DNA of 64,000 bases from the human T2T-CHM13v2.0 reference genome, Homo sapiens (GCF_009914755.1 NC_060926.1), one strand, 5' to 3'. Positions 1 through 14,831 are shown, counted from the first letter of the stretch. Numbers and translations are program-made. The notes: a model not told the origin generated them from the letters alone.

Positions 1-74
1 CTTTCAGGGTCCTCCATCTCCCTCTGTCCCAGCAAAGAGTACCTGGACCTGACCCCTTAAGGACAAGTTTCTAT

Positions 75-215
75 CCCCACTCTGCCAGCAACTGGAGTGT
101 AACCTTGAGCAGGTCACTTTTATCTCTTTTAGCCTAACGTCCTCTTCCAGTAAAAGAGGAGGTAAATTAGACCACCCCAAAGACCCTTCCAGCATCACAC
201 TCTGCAAAGTCATAA
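75..215 (+). mobile_element. MIR/MIR3-like SINE fragment
   Basis: Degenerate MIR core 'gtaaccttgagcaggtcactttatctctttagcct...agtaaaag', followed by an L3-like tail 'ttagaccaccccaaagacccttccagc'. Confidence 0.5.
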
Positions 216-389
216 GTGAAAATTATCGACAAGGCTGCAATTCTAAATATGCTTGAGAATGAACCAACCTGGCCTTCTACCACTCGTCTCTCTCCTCCAG
301 GCGCTGCCAAGTGAACTTGCTTGGAGCCCCACGTCCTACATGTCACTCTGTGGATGCATTTCTAGCCTAACTCCTTCTCATCTTTGGAA

Positions 390-531
390 TAGGGTAATCA
401 CAAAACTTATCATCCAAACATGGATTTTGTGTGTGTGTGTGTGAGTGAAAGGGGCACCATTAAAAATAGAACTTGGATGGCAGGCATAGTCCATGACTGT
501 CCCAGGCAAACCAGGGCATTGGGTCAGCCTA
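390..531 (-). mobile_element. MER94-like hAT-Blackjack non-autonomous DNA transposon with an internal (GT)n run
   Basis: Termini 'tagggtaatca' and 'gggtcagccta'; internal 'gtgaaaggggcaccattaa' and 'gactgtcccaggcaaaccaggg' resemble the recalled MER94 consensus. Confidence 0.6.
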
Positions 532-2830
532 GATTTGAATCAAGGCCAAAGCCTCTCCCTCAATCACATGGTTTGACTTTGCCTAGCAGGCCTCTTTCTC
601 AGTGCTTGGTCCAGACCCTCCCTGTCCCCACTCCCACTAGGATTGTCCCCTCTTAAAAATCAGAGCCTCTGTTTAGGGTGGAAGTTGGCAGGAAGACAGA
701 TCTCCTGGTGACAGTCTGCACTCGCACCATCATTTACTGAATGTAAATGATCACACCTCCTCATTTTGTTCTTGCACACCTGGGAGTTTCTTACATATCT
801 GGCAGCAGCTGCCTCCAATTTGGGTGGGAGATAGCCCCAGCCAGGGGCCTCCATGGGACTAAAACTTCCTGAAGCCATCGCCTGCAGAGCCTCCCTGCCT
901 CCCTCGGATAAGCTGGAAAATATTTAAATAGAATGGTCAGAGGAAAGTGGCCCTTGCTGGTAAATGCTTCTGACCAGGTCAGGAGACAAGAGCTAGTATT
1001 GAAGGAGCTTTGGCTGATGGGTTATACCTGGAACAAGACAGTAGAACAAGGGTTGGCTCAGAGCAAGCCTTCCCTGCTCTAGTGATGTTGAGTGAGTGCC
1101 TGGAACATTCCCCATGCTACAGTCCCAGCTATGGCCTGGCTCGGTCACCTTGCCAAAGGTACCTGGCTAGAAGCACCATGGGAGGCTCAAGGCAGGCCTG
1201 TCTATAGGTGGATCTGATATCTACCACATTTATGGCAGCACACAGTAGAAAAACCAAGCTGCCTGTAGGAAAATAAAGCTTGGCTTATTTATAGCACTGC
1301 CTTGAATCTCTGCTCCTAAGTTGCAACCTTTGGCAGGGCTGTCATGCACCAGCAGCAACCATGCTCCCTCTTGTTCTAGGTGGAGGGCTGGCTGAGGTGG
1401 GCAGGCTGCTGGTGGTGCAACAGATGATACCTTGATCTAAGCAGACATGTAGAACAGTATTCATAGCTGCTGTCTACCCAGTGGGACATGCAGGGGCCCA
1501 TCAGGGTCGGTGGGTACAGCTGCCAAGAGCTGCAGCCCAGGTTGAGCAAGCCTGCAGAGACAGCTCCCCAGGAAGGCTCCACTGATGGGAGGTGTGGGGG
1601 CTGAATGCTGCTGGAAGCTTCCTTAGGATTTCTTACCAGCCAAGTATGAATGCTGCCCCCAAATGCACAGAGACGCCTGGGAGCGTGTGGAAGGAGGGAC
1701 GCCAGGCCTCCCTCCACGTCCCCTGCCACCATGGTCTGGCCAGATGCAACCCTTTCTCTGTCTAATTACATTTTAAGAAGTCAGACACATTTGAATCCTC
1801 CTGGCAACCAAAAATCTCCAAGAGATCGACATGACTCAACCCTTCAGTCCTCCATGCTTACTGAATACAACTTCTTCCCAGGCGAAGGCATTTTCCCCTA
1901 GCCTGATGGAATCCTGTCCAGAATGAGGGTTTTCACAAGAAAAACAATGCCTTTCCCTCAGCTTGGGAATGACTGTGCATGGAGGAGAAAGGGAATTTTC
2001 CACATGACTGCTCCACTGCTTCACCTCCCCACAGAAGGTTTAGAAGCACCTCAGCAAGCTGGTTGTCTAATGTTTCTTAAATTGTCATTGTCACAAAGAT
2101 TCTTTCTGCTTCACTTCTTCCAAAGTTCTTCTCCTCACCCACCCCCAACCTTGGTCCAAGGCATAGTAATTGAGCCATTCAGTATCCAGCATGGGGACTG
2201 GTCCTGCAGGACCAGGCAGGTGCCTTTGTCTGCCTTTGTGCTCAGAGAAGGCCTTCACGCCTTTGGTTCTCGTAAGGTGCTCGCCACGGCAACCCAAGTG
2301 TCTAAGCAGGGCATTTGCAGGGGACTGTCCCCACCTCACAGGCGGCTAGCAGCAGCAGTTTGAGCCTGTCAAGTGGGTGAGGTGGGGTTTTTCCCTCTTT
2401 CCTGCATTCTAACTGCTTTTTCTTCCTTTTCTCAACCTGTGTAGGTGGTAGCTAGTTTAAGCACCAAACCTAGCAGCCAATAATTAACTACACACACCTT
2501 CCATCATGCACAGTGCAAACCATGATGTCCTTCCTTCTGCAGGTGGCTCTTGCCATGCCCACGGACCTCATCTTGGCCCCATGCCATTGAGAGAGTCCTA
2601 AGCTCCGACCAGCAAGGGCTTCCCTCTGCCTCTCAAGTGGAGGCACTCAGGGGCTGCCCGTTGTGGCCACACACCCTGTGAATGCATCACATGTACCCAC
2701 ATCACCATTCAGTCATCTGGGGCTGGGAATGGGATTGGGCCTCCACATGGAAAAAAGGGGATTCTTTTCTGGGGTATGACTGCATTTCCAAACCCAGTCC
2801 AGGATCAGTAGTGTCAGTCCTTGTTCTGAA

Positions 2831-2905
2831 TTCCCATAACACAGCTGATAAAGAGTGGCAGAGTTCCCATAACACAGGTAATAAAGAGTGGCAGATAAAG
2901 AGTTG
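2831..2905. repeat. 33-bp tandem duplication (2 copies plus a partial)
   Basis: ttcccataacacagctgataaagagtggcagag followed directly by ttcccataacacaggtaataaagagtggcagat. Confidence 0.9.
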
Positions 2906-3031
2906 TGGGTGGGCTGTGGTTTGGAATCCAGCCCTGGCCCCTTCTAGCTTTCCCTCCACCTTCTCTTATCCTCGTAAGCTAGAGCCACACAGAAAGAAGT
3001 AAGAGTGTGGCTGGCAGTGTTCCTAAAATAA

Positions 3032-3095
3032 GTTGTTCAACAAATGTTTACTGAGTCCCTATTGTGTGTCAGGTAGTGTTTTTCTAGTACCTGGC
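3032..3095 (-). mobile_element. L2 3' end fragment
   Basis: 'ttcaacaaatgtttactgagtccctattgtgtgtcagg' is the reverse complement of the L2 3' terminus. Confidence 0.65.
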
Positions 3096-3145
3096 TCACT
3101 TGAAGAGTATATTCTAATGTTTTTATATTTAATAAGGGAAAAGAT

Positions 3146-3269
3146 TTGGAGGCTAAGGCAGGAGCATTGTTTGAGCTCAGGAGTTCGAGGTGGCAGTGAG
3201 CTATGTTTATGCCACTGCCCTCCAGCCTGTGTGACACAGCAAGACCCCAACTTTAAAAAAAAAAAAAAA
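3146..3269 (+). mobile_element. Alu right-arm fragment (AluJ/FRAM-like)
   Basis: 'ggaggctaaggcaggag...gcagtgagctatg...ccagcctg' plus poly(A). Confidence 0.85.
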
Positions 3270-3561
3270 GTTGGGAGAAGAACTACTGGTGACATAGAAA
3301 TCAGGTTTCAGACCTACACTTCTAGCAACAAATGGTTTTCTCTCATTCCTATGCCATTGAAGCCCGGGATACTTCACTCTCTTCACTCCTAGAGGTCCCC
3401 TGCAAGTGCCAAGCCTATGTCAAGTATTCTGCAAAGCTCAGCTCAAACCAACCCCCCAAATTATTGGTAACAATTATCCCTCCTAATGAGCTTCAGTTTT
3501 GGAAAGGGATCTTTGAGGCATAGGGCTAACTTTTTAACTCAAAAAAATATATATATATTTA

Positions 3562-4230
<669 letters not shown>

Positions 4231-6015
4231 TAACCAACTGTGTGGGTTCCACTGTGCATGCTGGTGGTGTCGATGTGACACGTTGTGTTCTGACTTTTCC
4301 ATTTATAGAGTGTTTCAGGTGCACTGATGCATGCCTTGAGAGCTGACTGCCAAAATAGGGGCCCCAGACAGCTGCCTTCCCAGGGGAGGGGTATCCAGAA
4401 ACTTCCATTCTTGCTGTGCACATTTCCCCAGCTGACCTATAGCTGTCTTGAAATTATAGCATTCAATATTCCTTCCTTGGCTCGGAAGACTTTACGGGCC
4501 TTCCAGTAGTTAATGTCAAAGTTAGGTGTCTCTGGGAGGGAATGCAGCAGAAGCCATCAACAGCTAATAGTTGCTCTAGAATTATTCTGAAAGCATGGTG
4601 TCCAGGCCAGGGGCCAGGAGTAGAGAGGGAGAGGGGTGGTAGGGGATTAGGAGGGGGAAGGCAGAGGGGTTCCCTCTCTTGCCACAAACAGATCTGCTCT
4701 GCTGTCTGTGCATTTACACTTCGCCTAGCTCCTCCACAAAGTTCTGCTATAAGGAGAAATGGGCCAATGTCTTTCCAATCCAAATGCCATCAGAAGCAAG
4801 CTCTACATGTGCCCGACTGCCTAAGAGGAGCATATGAGCGCACAGATGGCAGCAGTATATGAGGACATTACACCTGCTCTGCTCCTTGATACTTCATTGT
4901 CAAGCATCTAAATAAGTATCTAAATGGAGAACCAGCTAGGAAGTACAAATCCTGGTGTTCAGAAAAGCAGCGAGCCGCCCAGGCGTGGAGGGTGCAACGC
5001 TTTGGGGATGCCTACCCATGCGAGTCTAGCACAGGGCTTGCGGGTGGGGTGTTCCTTCTTGAATGATCTGTTCTCCATTTCCTCTGTGCACAGCTCTGGG
5101 GGCAGATTTCATTTCAGACTGCTTTAGAAGACAGGACAGCAGGAGAGGAAATCACTAGAGACAAAAGAAAATTAGAAGGATTTGGTAGAAGTCATATATA
5201 GGAAACTGAGAGCAAAATTTGGCTCTCGGAGACTAAAGTTAGTGGGAGGAGAGAACAGGGCCTGGCCAAGACTTATCATTTCACCATTTAAATAGAGATC
5301 AAGATGCTAAAGTTCCCAGGAGACATCTCTTTTGTGACTTGCCAAGAGCATGGAGAAATTCCATCAGGGAGCTTCTGAGATATGGATCCAGACTAGCAGA
5401 CATTAACAGAATTACCAGGTGTCTAGGGGGATCCCAGACTTTTCAGCACACAGTGAGGGGGATGTAAACACTAAAGTTATATGGGAAGTCACGCTGGATG
5501 GATTGACGAAGGCAGCAAAGCCTAGCAGTCACACTGAAGCAGCTCCCTGCCGTCAACCAACCACATTTGCACCCTGATTAAAAACTGGAAACGTTAAGAG
5601 ACTTGAAGATTTCTGCTCTCTGCACCTGCTTAACTCTTCCTCTTGCCCTTACTAAATTTTAGCTGCTTTCTTTTTGGCTAATTTCACAATGTTCAAAAGT
5701 CTATTGGAAAAAAAGAAACCCACAAAGCACCATAGATAAAAACTTTGAGATGGGGAAAAAGAAAAATACTGGTTTGATCTGCTCCCTTCCTCTCCCAGAA
5801 CCCAGGAAAATGCCCAGTACACAAGAAGCAAGGAAGGGAAGGATAAAAAAAGGAGGGAGGGAATTAGTTCTGGATGAAATGTCAGAAAAATGGCCACCAT
5901 GAAGGCCCCAGTCAACCAATCACTTCCTCTTCTTGGGTCTCCTGATGGAATGTTTTCATCTTTGGGAAAATCTTTCCACCTTTATCTCTTCTAGAACTGT
6001 AAAAATGACAGGATG

Positions 6016-6311
6016 AGCCAGGGCAGTGTCTCATGCCTATAATCCCAGCACTTTGGGAGGCTGAGGAAGAAGGATCACTTGAGGCCAGGAGTTCAAGACC
6101 AGCCTGGGCAACATAGATCTCTACAAAAAATTCTAAAAAGTAAATTAGCCAGGCAAGGTGGTACATGCCTGTAGTTCCAGTTATTCAGGAGGTTGAGGCT
6201 GGGGAATCACCTGAACCTAGAAATTTGAGGTTACATTAAGGTATGATTGAACCACTGTACTCTAGCCTGGGCAATACAGCAAGACTCTGTCTCTATAAAA
6301 TAATAATAATA
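6016..6311 (+). mobile_element. Full-length AluJ
   Basis: Diverged dimeric Alu with J-type 'cacttgaggccaggagttcaagaccagcctgggcaaca' and a (TAA)n tail. Confidence 0.93.
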
Positions 6312-6469
6312 GTAAAAAACTGGAATTGGGATGGGAACAAGGCAACTTGGTGTGTTCCTGAAAACCTTGCCTGATGGAAAGGGCAGCTAATAACAGCCTA
6401 TTGATAATTGATTAATGTGTTACATTTTGAAAGTACACAAAACATAACATTCAATATCAGGATTAAGAT

Positions 6470-6569
6470 TTATTACATAAGTGAGACAAACCTTCTATTA
6501 AAAGTGGAAGGCTCTCAGATTGGATGAAAAATAACACCCAACCATACAATATATATTTCAAAAATGCAC
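6470..6569 (+). mobile_element. Very old L1 (L1ME/L1M5-type) ORF2 start, left part of a split element
   Basis: 'ttctattaaaagtggaaggctctcagattggatgaaaaataacacccaaccatac' resembles the L1 endonuclease start; the sequence continues at 13712. Confidence 0.65.
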
Positions 6570-6822
6570 ATTTTTCCCAGGAAGATGCTGGAGACATACT
6601 CATCCCTATTCCTTCTGCTAAGTCCAACTAAAAACACTGGACATTACGTTTAAAACAAACATAAAAGATTCTGAAAGGTAAGAACTAGAAAGTAGACCAA
6701 GCTAGGAACCTCAAGACCCAAAGAATGACACAGCAGGAACTCCCTGAATTTTGTTTGTGCCTCATACATTCCAGAGTTAGAGCTGAAGAAGCTGGCAACC
6801 TGGAAAAAGCTAACGCACACAA

Positions 6823-7030
6823 AGGAAAAAAAAAAAAAGAGAGAAGAAGGGGTAGAAGAAGGAGGAGGAGGAGAAGGAAGAGGAAGAGAGAAAGGAAGAA
6901 GAGGAGAAGAAGAGGAGGTAAATGAGGAGGAGGATAAGGAGGAGAGGAGGAGAAAAAAATGAGGAGAAGAAAGAGTAGGAGAAAGAGAAGAAGGAGGAGG
7001 AAGAGGGGAAGGGGTAGGGGAAACAGAAGA
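6823..7030. repeat. Polypurine (GAA/GGA/GAG)n low-complexity tract inside the L1 5' UTR
   Basis: About 200 nt almost entirely A/G on the + strand. Confidence 0.95.
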
Positions 7031-10000
7031 CTCCTCCTGCCAGGCAGCACAGAAAAATATGTGGTCCCACCTTCACCCATGCCAGGAAAGGCCCAGTGGG
7101 GAGTGCAGACTCCACACTCACGAGACTACAATGAGGCAATGCAACCTCACCACTATGGTTGTCAGAGGAGGCCTAGTAGGGAGCTGGGGTTTTCATCTCC
7201 ACTTGGCAGTAATGAGGCCTCCCTTCCCCTCCTGCCTCACTACAGTGACACTGGAGACCATCTGGGGAGCCTGGACTTCTTCCTCTACCCAGCAATAATA
7301 GGTCAGTCTGCCCCCTCCCCACTGCGGTGGTGTCAGAGAAGGCCAAATGGGGAGAGTCAAGACTTTAACCACTGGCTCCAATAGTAATGAGGCCACCCCC
7401 TGGTAGCGTCAGTGGAGACCATCTGGGGAGCAGAAATTAGGGACCTCTACCCTTCCCAACCAGAGTGGGATCAGCAGGGGCCTAGTGGGAGCCAGCACCC
7501 CACCCCAGCAGCAACGAGGAGCATCTCCCAACCTTGGTGGTCACAGAGGTTGCAGTGTATCACCCTCCCCTGATGGTGCAGCATCACAGGATGTTACCTA
7601 AGACAAGGTTTAAATAAGATCCAGAATTTCATCATAGAATACCAAAATGCATAGTTTTCAATCAAAAAATCACTCACAATACCAAGAACCAGAAAATATC
7701 AAACTGAATGAAAAAAGCCATCGGTAGACACTAATATCAAGATGACAGTGATGCTAAAATTATCTGGAAAAGGTTTTAAAGCAGTTATTATAAAAATGCT
7801 TCAATGAGTAATAGTGAACATACTTGAAACAAGTGAAACAATAAAAAATCACCAATAAAATCATCTCAGCAAAGAAACAGTAAATATAAACAACCAAATG
7901 GAAATGTTAGAACTGAAAAATATAACAACTGAAATAAGAATCTCAGTAGATGGGCTCAACAGCAGAATGGAGAGAACAGAGGAAAGAATAAGTGAACTGG
8001 AAGATACAATAGAAATGACTGACTCTGTACAACAGAAAGAAGATGGAATGAAAAACAAAGAGAGCAGAGCCTCAGGGACCTGTGGGACTATAACAAAAAC
8101 TAAATTTATATCATTTGGGGTTCCAGGAAAAGATAAAAAAAGAAGATGGAGCTAAAAAAGTACTCAAAGAAATAATAATTGAAAAATCCCCCAATTTGAC
8201 AAAACCCATAAACCTACGGATTCAAGAAGTGAATGACCAATAGGATACATCAAAGAAATTCACACCAAGACACATCCTAATTAAAGTTCTGAAAACTGAA
8301 GACAAAGAAAGTCTTAAAAGCAATGAGAGAAACAACATTTTATCTCTAAAGAGAAAACCAATTCAAATGACAGCATATTTCTCATCAGAAACCACAGGGG
8401 TCAGAAGAAGTGATACAACATTTTTAAAGTGTTAGAAAAAAAGGAACTGTCAACCAGAAACCTATGTCCAGTGCAAATATCATTTAGGAATTAGGAGGAA
8501 GTCAAGCTATCCTCAGATTAGCTTGATTACCCAAATAAGTACACTAACAAAGTGGAAAGAAGTTCTCTAAACAGAAGGGACATGATGAAAGAAGGAATCA
8601 AGAATCATCAGGAAAGAAGAAAGAATTCGGTAAACAAAGATGGTAAATTCAATTAGCTCTCCTTCTCCTTTTGAATTTTCTCAATTATGTTTGATAATTG
8701 AAGTGAAAATTATAACACTGATGTGATTCTAAATAGATGTAGAGAAAACATTTTAGACTATTATAAACAAGGGAGGGCAATAGGATGTAAAGGATGGTAA
8801 ACTTTCCACACTTCAAACTGTTGATGCACGTAGACCATGAAAAGTTATATATACAAAATGTAATACCTGGAGTAACTACTAAAAAACTACTCAGAGAGAT
8901 GGACCCCAAAGCACCATGTATAAATCAAAATAAAACTCTAAAAAATGCCCAAGTCATGCATGGTAAGCCAAGGAAGAAAAAAAAGAAATGAGAAAACAAG
9001 GAGAACAAACAGAAAACAAGAAATAAAAAGACAGTCTGAAACTTAATATATTAATAATTATATTAATTTTGAATAATGTAAAGGCAAAAATTTAAAGACA
9101 GATGGTCAGAGTGGATTAAAAAACATGAACCAATTATATGCTGTGTATAGGGTGATATAGATAGGTTGAAAGCAAAAGGGTCAAAAATAACACATCATGC
9201 AAATATTAATTAAAAGATAGCAAGAGCGGCTATATTAATATCAGATAAAGTGACATCAGAACAAAGAAAATAATTGAGACATAGAAAGACAGTCTATATT
9301 AACAAAAGTGTCAATCCACCAAGAAGATAGGGCACTGCTAAAGGTATGCACCAAACATGACAGCTACAAAATATGTGATGTGAAAACTGATAGAACTAAA
9401 AGGAGAAACAGACAAGTCTACAATTACAGTTACAGACTTCAACACTCCTCTCTCAACAATTGAGAGAACAACTAGACAGAAAATCAAAACACATAAAAAA
9501 TCTTAACACCCTTAGCATATAGGATCTATGGACATTTTTGGAACACTCTACCCAACAACAGCAGAATGCATTATTTTCAAGTGCCCAAGAACATAAACCA
9601 AGATGGACTGTAACATGGAACATAAAGCAAACCTCAAAAAATTTAAAAACCTCAAAAGAAATAAAAATACGTTGAACAGAATGAAAATGAAAATACAACA
9701 CGTCAAATTGGTGGAACATAGCCAAAACAGTGCTGAGAGGGAAACTTACAGCTTATTTTAAGAAACAGAAAAGTTTCAAACCAGTGACCTAAGCTCCCAC
9801 CTCAAGAATCTAGAAAATATAAAGAGAAAAATAAATGCAAAGAATGCAGAAGTAAGTAAATAATAAAGATAGGAGCAAGAATCAATGAAATTGAAAACAG
9901 AAAAATAATAGGGAACAACAACGAAACAAAGAGCTAGATCTTTTAAAAGATCAATAAAAGTGACAACCCTCTGGCAAGACTAACAAGAAGACACAAGCTA

Positions 10001-10949
10001 CTAGAGTGAGACAGATTATATTAGTATATACTCTGTGCACATCAAAATGGTAGTAAGATAATACTAAGGAAAATTCTATGCCCATAAATTTGACAATTTA
10101 GATGAAATAGACTATTATTCGAAAACACACAATACCACAGCTTTCTCAACATGAGATAATTTGGATAACCTTATAACTATTGAGTAAATTAAATTCACAA
10201 TTTTAAAAATTCAGAAAAAGAAAATTCCAGGCCCAGATACTTTCAGTGGTTAATTTAGAGAAGAATATCCATCAGTTCTTCACAATATTTTCCATAATGT
10301 AGAAGAAGAGAGAACTTTTACCAATTCATTTTTTGAAGTTAGTATTCTCCTGATACCAAAATCAGACAAAGACAGAACCAAAAAGAACTACAGACCAATA
10401 TACCTTATAAACATAGACATAAAAAATCCCTAACAAAATATTAATGGGTAGAATTTAGCAATATATGAGAAGAATTATACACTGACCAAGTGTGGTTTGC
10501 TCTGAAGACGCAAGGCTGGTTCAATTTTTACAAATAAACCAATCTAATTCTTCATATTAACAGGAAAAAGAGAAAAAAAAATCACATTATCATTCCAATT
10601 GATGCAGAAAAAAGCATTTGACAAAATTCAACAATTACTCATGATAACAACTCCTAGACAAATAGGAAGAAAGTGGAACTTCCCCAACTTGGAAAAGAGT
10701 ATCTACAAATTCCTATAGCTAACATTATACTTAGTGGTGAAAAATTGAATGCTGTCCCCCTAACACTAAAAACAAGGCAAAGTTTGGTCTTACTATTTCT
10801 ATTCAATGTAGTACTAGGAGTTCTAGCCAGTGCAATAAGGCAAGATACAGAAATAAAAGACATATCCTTTTAGATAATAAAGGGAGACAAAAGTAGCCCT
10901 GTTTGCAGATGACATAATTGTTTATGTAGAAAATTCCAAGGAATCTACA

Positions 10950-11040
10950 AGAATGAAGCAAGGAAAGAAGGAAGGAGAAAGAAATGAACGAAAGAGAGAG
11001 AGAAAGGACGGAAGGAAAGCAGGCAGACAAGGAAAGGAAT
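10950..11040. repeat. Degenerate (GGAA/GAAA)n microsatellite within L1 ORF2
   Basis: Sits between the L1 sequences 'gaatctacaa' and 'tcctagaactaa'. Confidence 0.85.
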
Positions 11041-11112
11041 TCCTAGAACTAAAAAGTGACTCAGCAAGGTTGCAGATACAAGGTCAACGTTCATTCATTG
11101 TATTTCTATATA

Positions 11113-11765
<653 letters not shown>

Positions 11766-13711
11766 TACTAGTATCGGACACCTGGAAACCAAAATTTCAA
11801 AAAACACCATGTACAATGTCTCAAAAAATTAGAAATACTTAGGTATAAACCTAACAAAACATGTAAAGGACTTGTATGCTGAAAACTACAAAATGCTAAT
11901 GAAACAAATCAACGTAGAGCTATAAAATGGAGAGATATACCATATTCATCAATTGGAAGATTCAGCATAGTAAAGATATTATTTATCCCCATATCGAATA
12001 CAGGTTTAACCTAATTTTTATCAAAATTTCAGCAAGATTTTTTTATTGCTATAGACAAACTTATACTGAAATTTATATGGAAAGGCAAAGGAACTAGAAT
12101 AGCTAAAACAATTTTGAAAAAGAATAAAGTGGGAGGAATCAGTCTATCCAATTTTAAGACATATAACTATAGTAATGAAGACTGTATGGTATTGGCAGGT
12201 GAATACACACATAGAACAATGGATAAAAATAGGGAGTGCAGAAATAGACCCATACCAACATGCCCAACTGATTTTTTTATGAAATGGCATGAGCAACTCC
12301 AGTGAAGTAAGATAGCCTTTTCAACAGATGGTTCTGGAATACTTGAACATCCATAGGCAAAATAAGAAAAATTAAAGAACCTTAATCTAAGTTCCACATT
12401 TTATATGAAATTTAACTCAAAATAGATCATGGACTTAAATGTACATAAAATGTAACACTGCAAAAACTTTAGAAGTAAACATATAGAAGAAAACCTTTGG
12501 CAACTATGGTTAGACGGTGAGCTCTTAGGGTTCACACCCAAAGCGTGATTCATAAAAGGAAAAACTGATAAACAGGACATCATCAAAATTAAAAGCATTT
12601 GTTCTGTGAAAGACTATGTTCAGAGTCTGAAAAGACAAGCTACAGTCTGGGATATGTTTGCAAAGCACATATCACACACTAAGGCATAGTACCTACAATA
12701 TACAAGGAACAATCAAATGTAAACAGGTTTTTAAAAATCCAGTTAGGAAAAGGGCCAAAGATAAAAACAGGCGTTTCACTCATGAGGCTAGAGACGGCAA
12801 ATAACGCATGAAAAGACATTCAACATCATTAACCATTAAGGAAATGCAGATTAAAACCATAATAAGATGAACTCTTTCCCCCTAACACTATTGACCTATC
12901 AGAATGGCTAAAATAAACAACAGTGATAACACGTAATGCAAGTGAGGATGAAGAGAAACTGGATCATTCATACATTGCTGGTGGGAATATAAAATGGTAC
13001 AGCCACTCTGAAAAAGAGTGTAGCAGCTTCTTAGAAGACGAAACACATGCTTACCATACAGCCCAGAAATTACACTCTTGGGTATTTATCCCCCCAAAAA
13101 TGAAAACTTGTGTTCACACAAAAACTTGCATATTAATGTACATAGCTGCTTTGTTCAGAATAACAAAAAATCTGGAAACAAGCCCAATTTTCCTTTAATG
13201 GGTAAATGATTAAGGAAACTGTGGTATGTGCATACCATGAAATATATATTCTTTTGCAATGAGAAAGAATGCACTATTGATACATTCACATGGGGAATCA
13301 CCAAAAAATTTTGCTGAGTGGAAGAAAAAAATACCAAAAGGTTACATACCATGATTCCGTTGATATACCAGTCTTGATATGACAAAATTATATGGAGAGA
13401 TAACAGATTAGTGGCTGCCAGTGGTAAGGATGAGGAGATGTTTGCAGAAAGAGGAAGGAAGTAGGTGTGGCTGTAAAAGGGCAACATAAGGGACCTGTGT
13501 GGTGATGGAGATGATCTGGATCTCATTGTATCAATATCTATATGCTGGTTGTGATGTTGTACTATAGTTTTTTAAGATGTTACCATTGGGCGAAACTGGG
13601 TAAAAGATACCCAACATATCTCTGTATAATTTCTGACAATTGCATGTAAATCTACAATTATCTTGAAATAGAAAAATTCATTTAATTACATAAAAAAGCT
13701 TAAAAATGCAC

Positions 13712-14830
13712 TGAAAACAAAGTTTTTCAGAAAAGTTCAAAGAAACAAAGAATGATCAAGTAAATAATAACAATAACAACAAAATCAGGGTTATTGTATT
13801 AAATACTGAGCCAGGGTTGAATTCAAGACAATAAAAATTATTGAATGAGAAAAGACACAATAGTATAAAGGTCATAGTCTCTAATGGGGATTTAACTCTC
13901 ATACATTTTACGCATGATATGAAATAATACAATTATACATAAAACAAGACACAACTATAGGAAAATCCAGGAGAAATCCCAGAAACTGCATAGTTCTATG
14001 AGAATTTTAACTCATCTCTTACCAAGCCATGAAAAAACTTTGAATGATAAAAATAAAGTTGAGTAACGGACATATATTGAATTTGGTTCCTGACAACAGA
14101 TACTGCATCTTCTTTACAGAGTCTCATAAAACTTACAAAAATGGATCATATATTAATCTATAATGAAAACCTCAGTAAATTCCACAAAGTAAAAATAGCT
14201 TGAGTGGCATCCTTTGCATCAATGAGATAACACTAGAAATAATGAAGTAGAACCAAAAAACCCCACCTTAGTCACTTACAAATTTGGCAGTCTTTTAAAA
14301 CTCATATTTGATCAAAGCAAAAATTAAAATATAAAATTCTAAATAGCTAAGAAATAATGATAATGGAAATGTAAACCAAGCAGAAAATAAAACATACCTT
14401 TAAACTTTGAGAAAGGATGAATCAAGTATCCAATTTAAGGTGCATTTTTATAAGTGCTATGAAAAAAATAAATATGAAAAACACAAATACATTAGAAAAC
14501 AGTAGGTTGGATTTTTTAAAGTCAAGCTAATTCTCCGGAAAATAAATGGGCAGATAATGAACTAGAGAAATCACTGACTCGCTTAGTCAAGAGAAGAAGG
14601 TGAGAGAACATACTCTGAAGTAGAAACAAAAAAGTGGAGATAAATACAGGTACCTAGAGACTAATAAGTAATATGGAAGAGTATTCTGTCACATTATTTA
14701 CAGCCAAAATTCAAATGTTTGGTGCAATGGGTGGTTGCTTTAGGAAAATATAAGTTGCTGGAAAAAATGGAAAATCTAAAAGTTTCATAACAATGGAATC
14801 AAAGTAACAAACCAAAGTATCAAAGAACAG
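13712..14830 (+). mobile_element. Very old L1 (L1ME/L1M5-type) ORF2, right part of the split element
   Basis: A-rich degenerate EN/linker sequence, e.g. 'aaacttacaaaaatggatcatatatta...aaaacctcagtaaattcc'. Confidence 0.7.
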
Positions 14831-14831
14831 T

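Noticed and set aside
2831-2905. CRISPR-like 33-bp repeat
   Set aside because: Only two directly adjacent copies, no spacers, eukaryotic context.
1376-3002. Several 80-146 aa ORFs in GC-richer unique DNA and an acceptor-like 'ccttccttctgcag' at ~2542
   Set aside because: Overlapping ORFs on both strands with no recognisable protein similarity, and no matched donor or frame.
5100-5950. Possible HAL1/L1ME ORF1 remnant upstream of the old ORF2
   Set aside because: Resemblance too weak to call by eye; needs an HMM search.
6685-7384. Arg/Lys-rich (protamine-like) and Leu/Phe/Ser-rich ORFs
   Set aside because: Translations of the polypurine low-complexity tract inside an L1 5' UTR.
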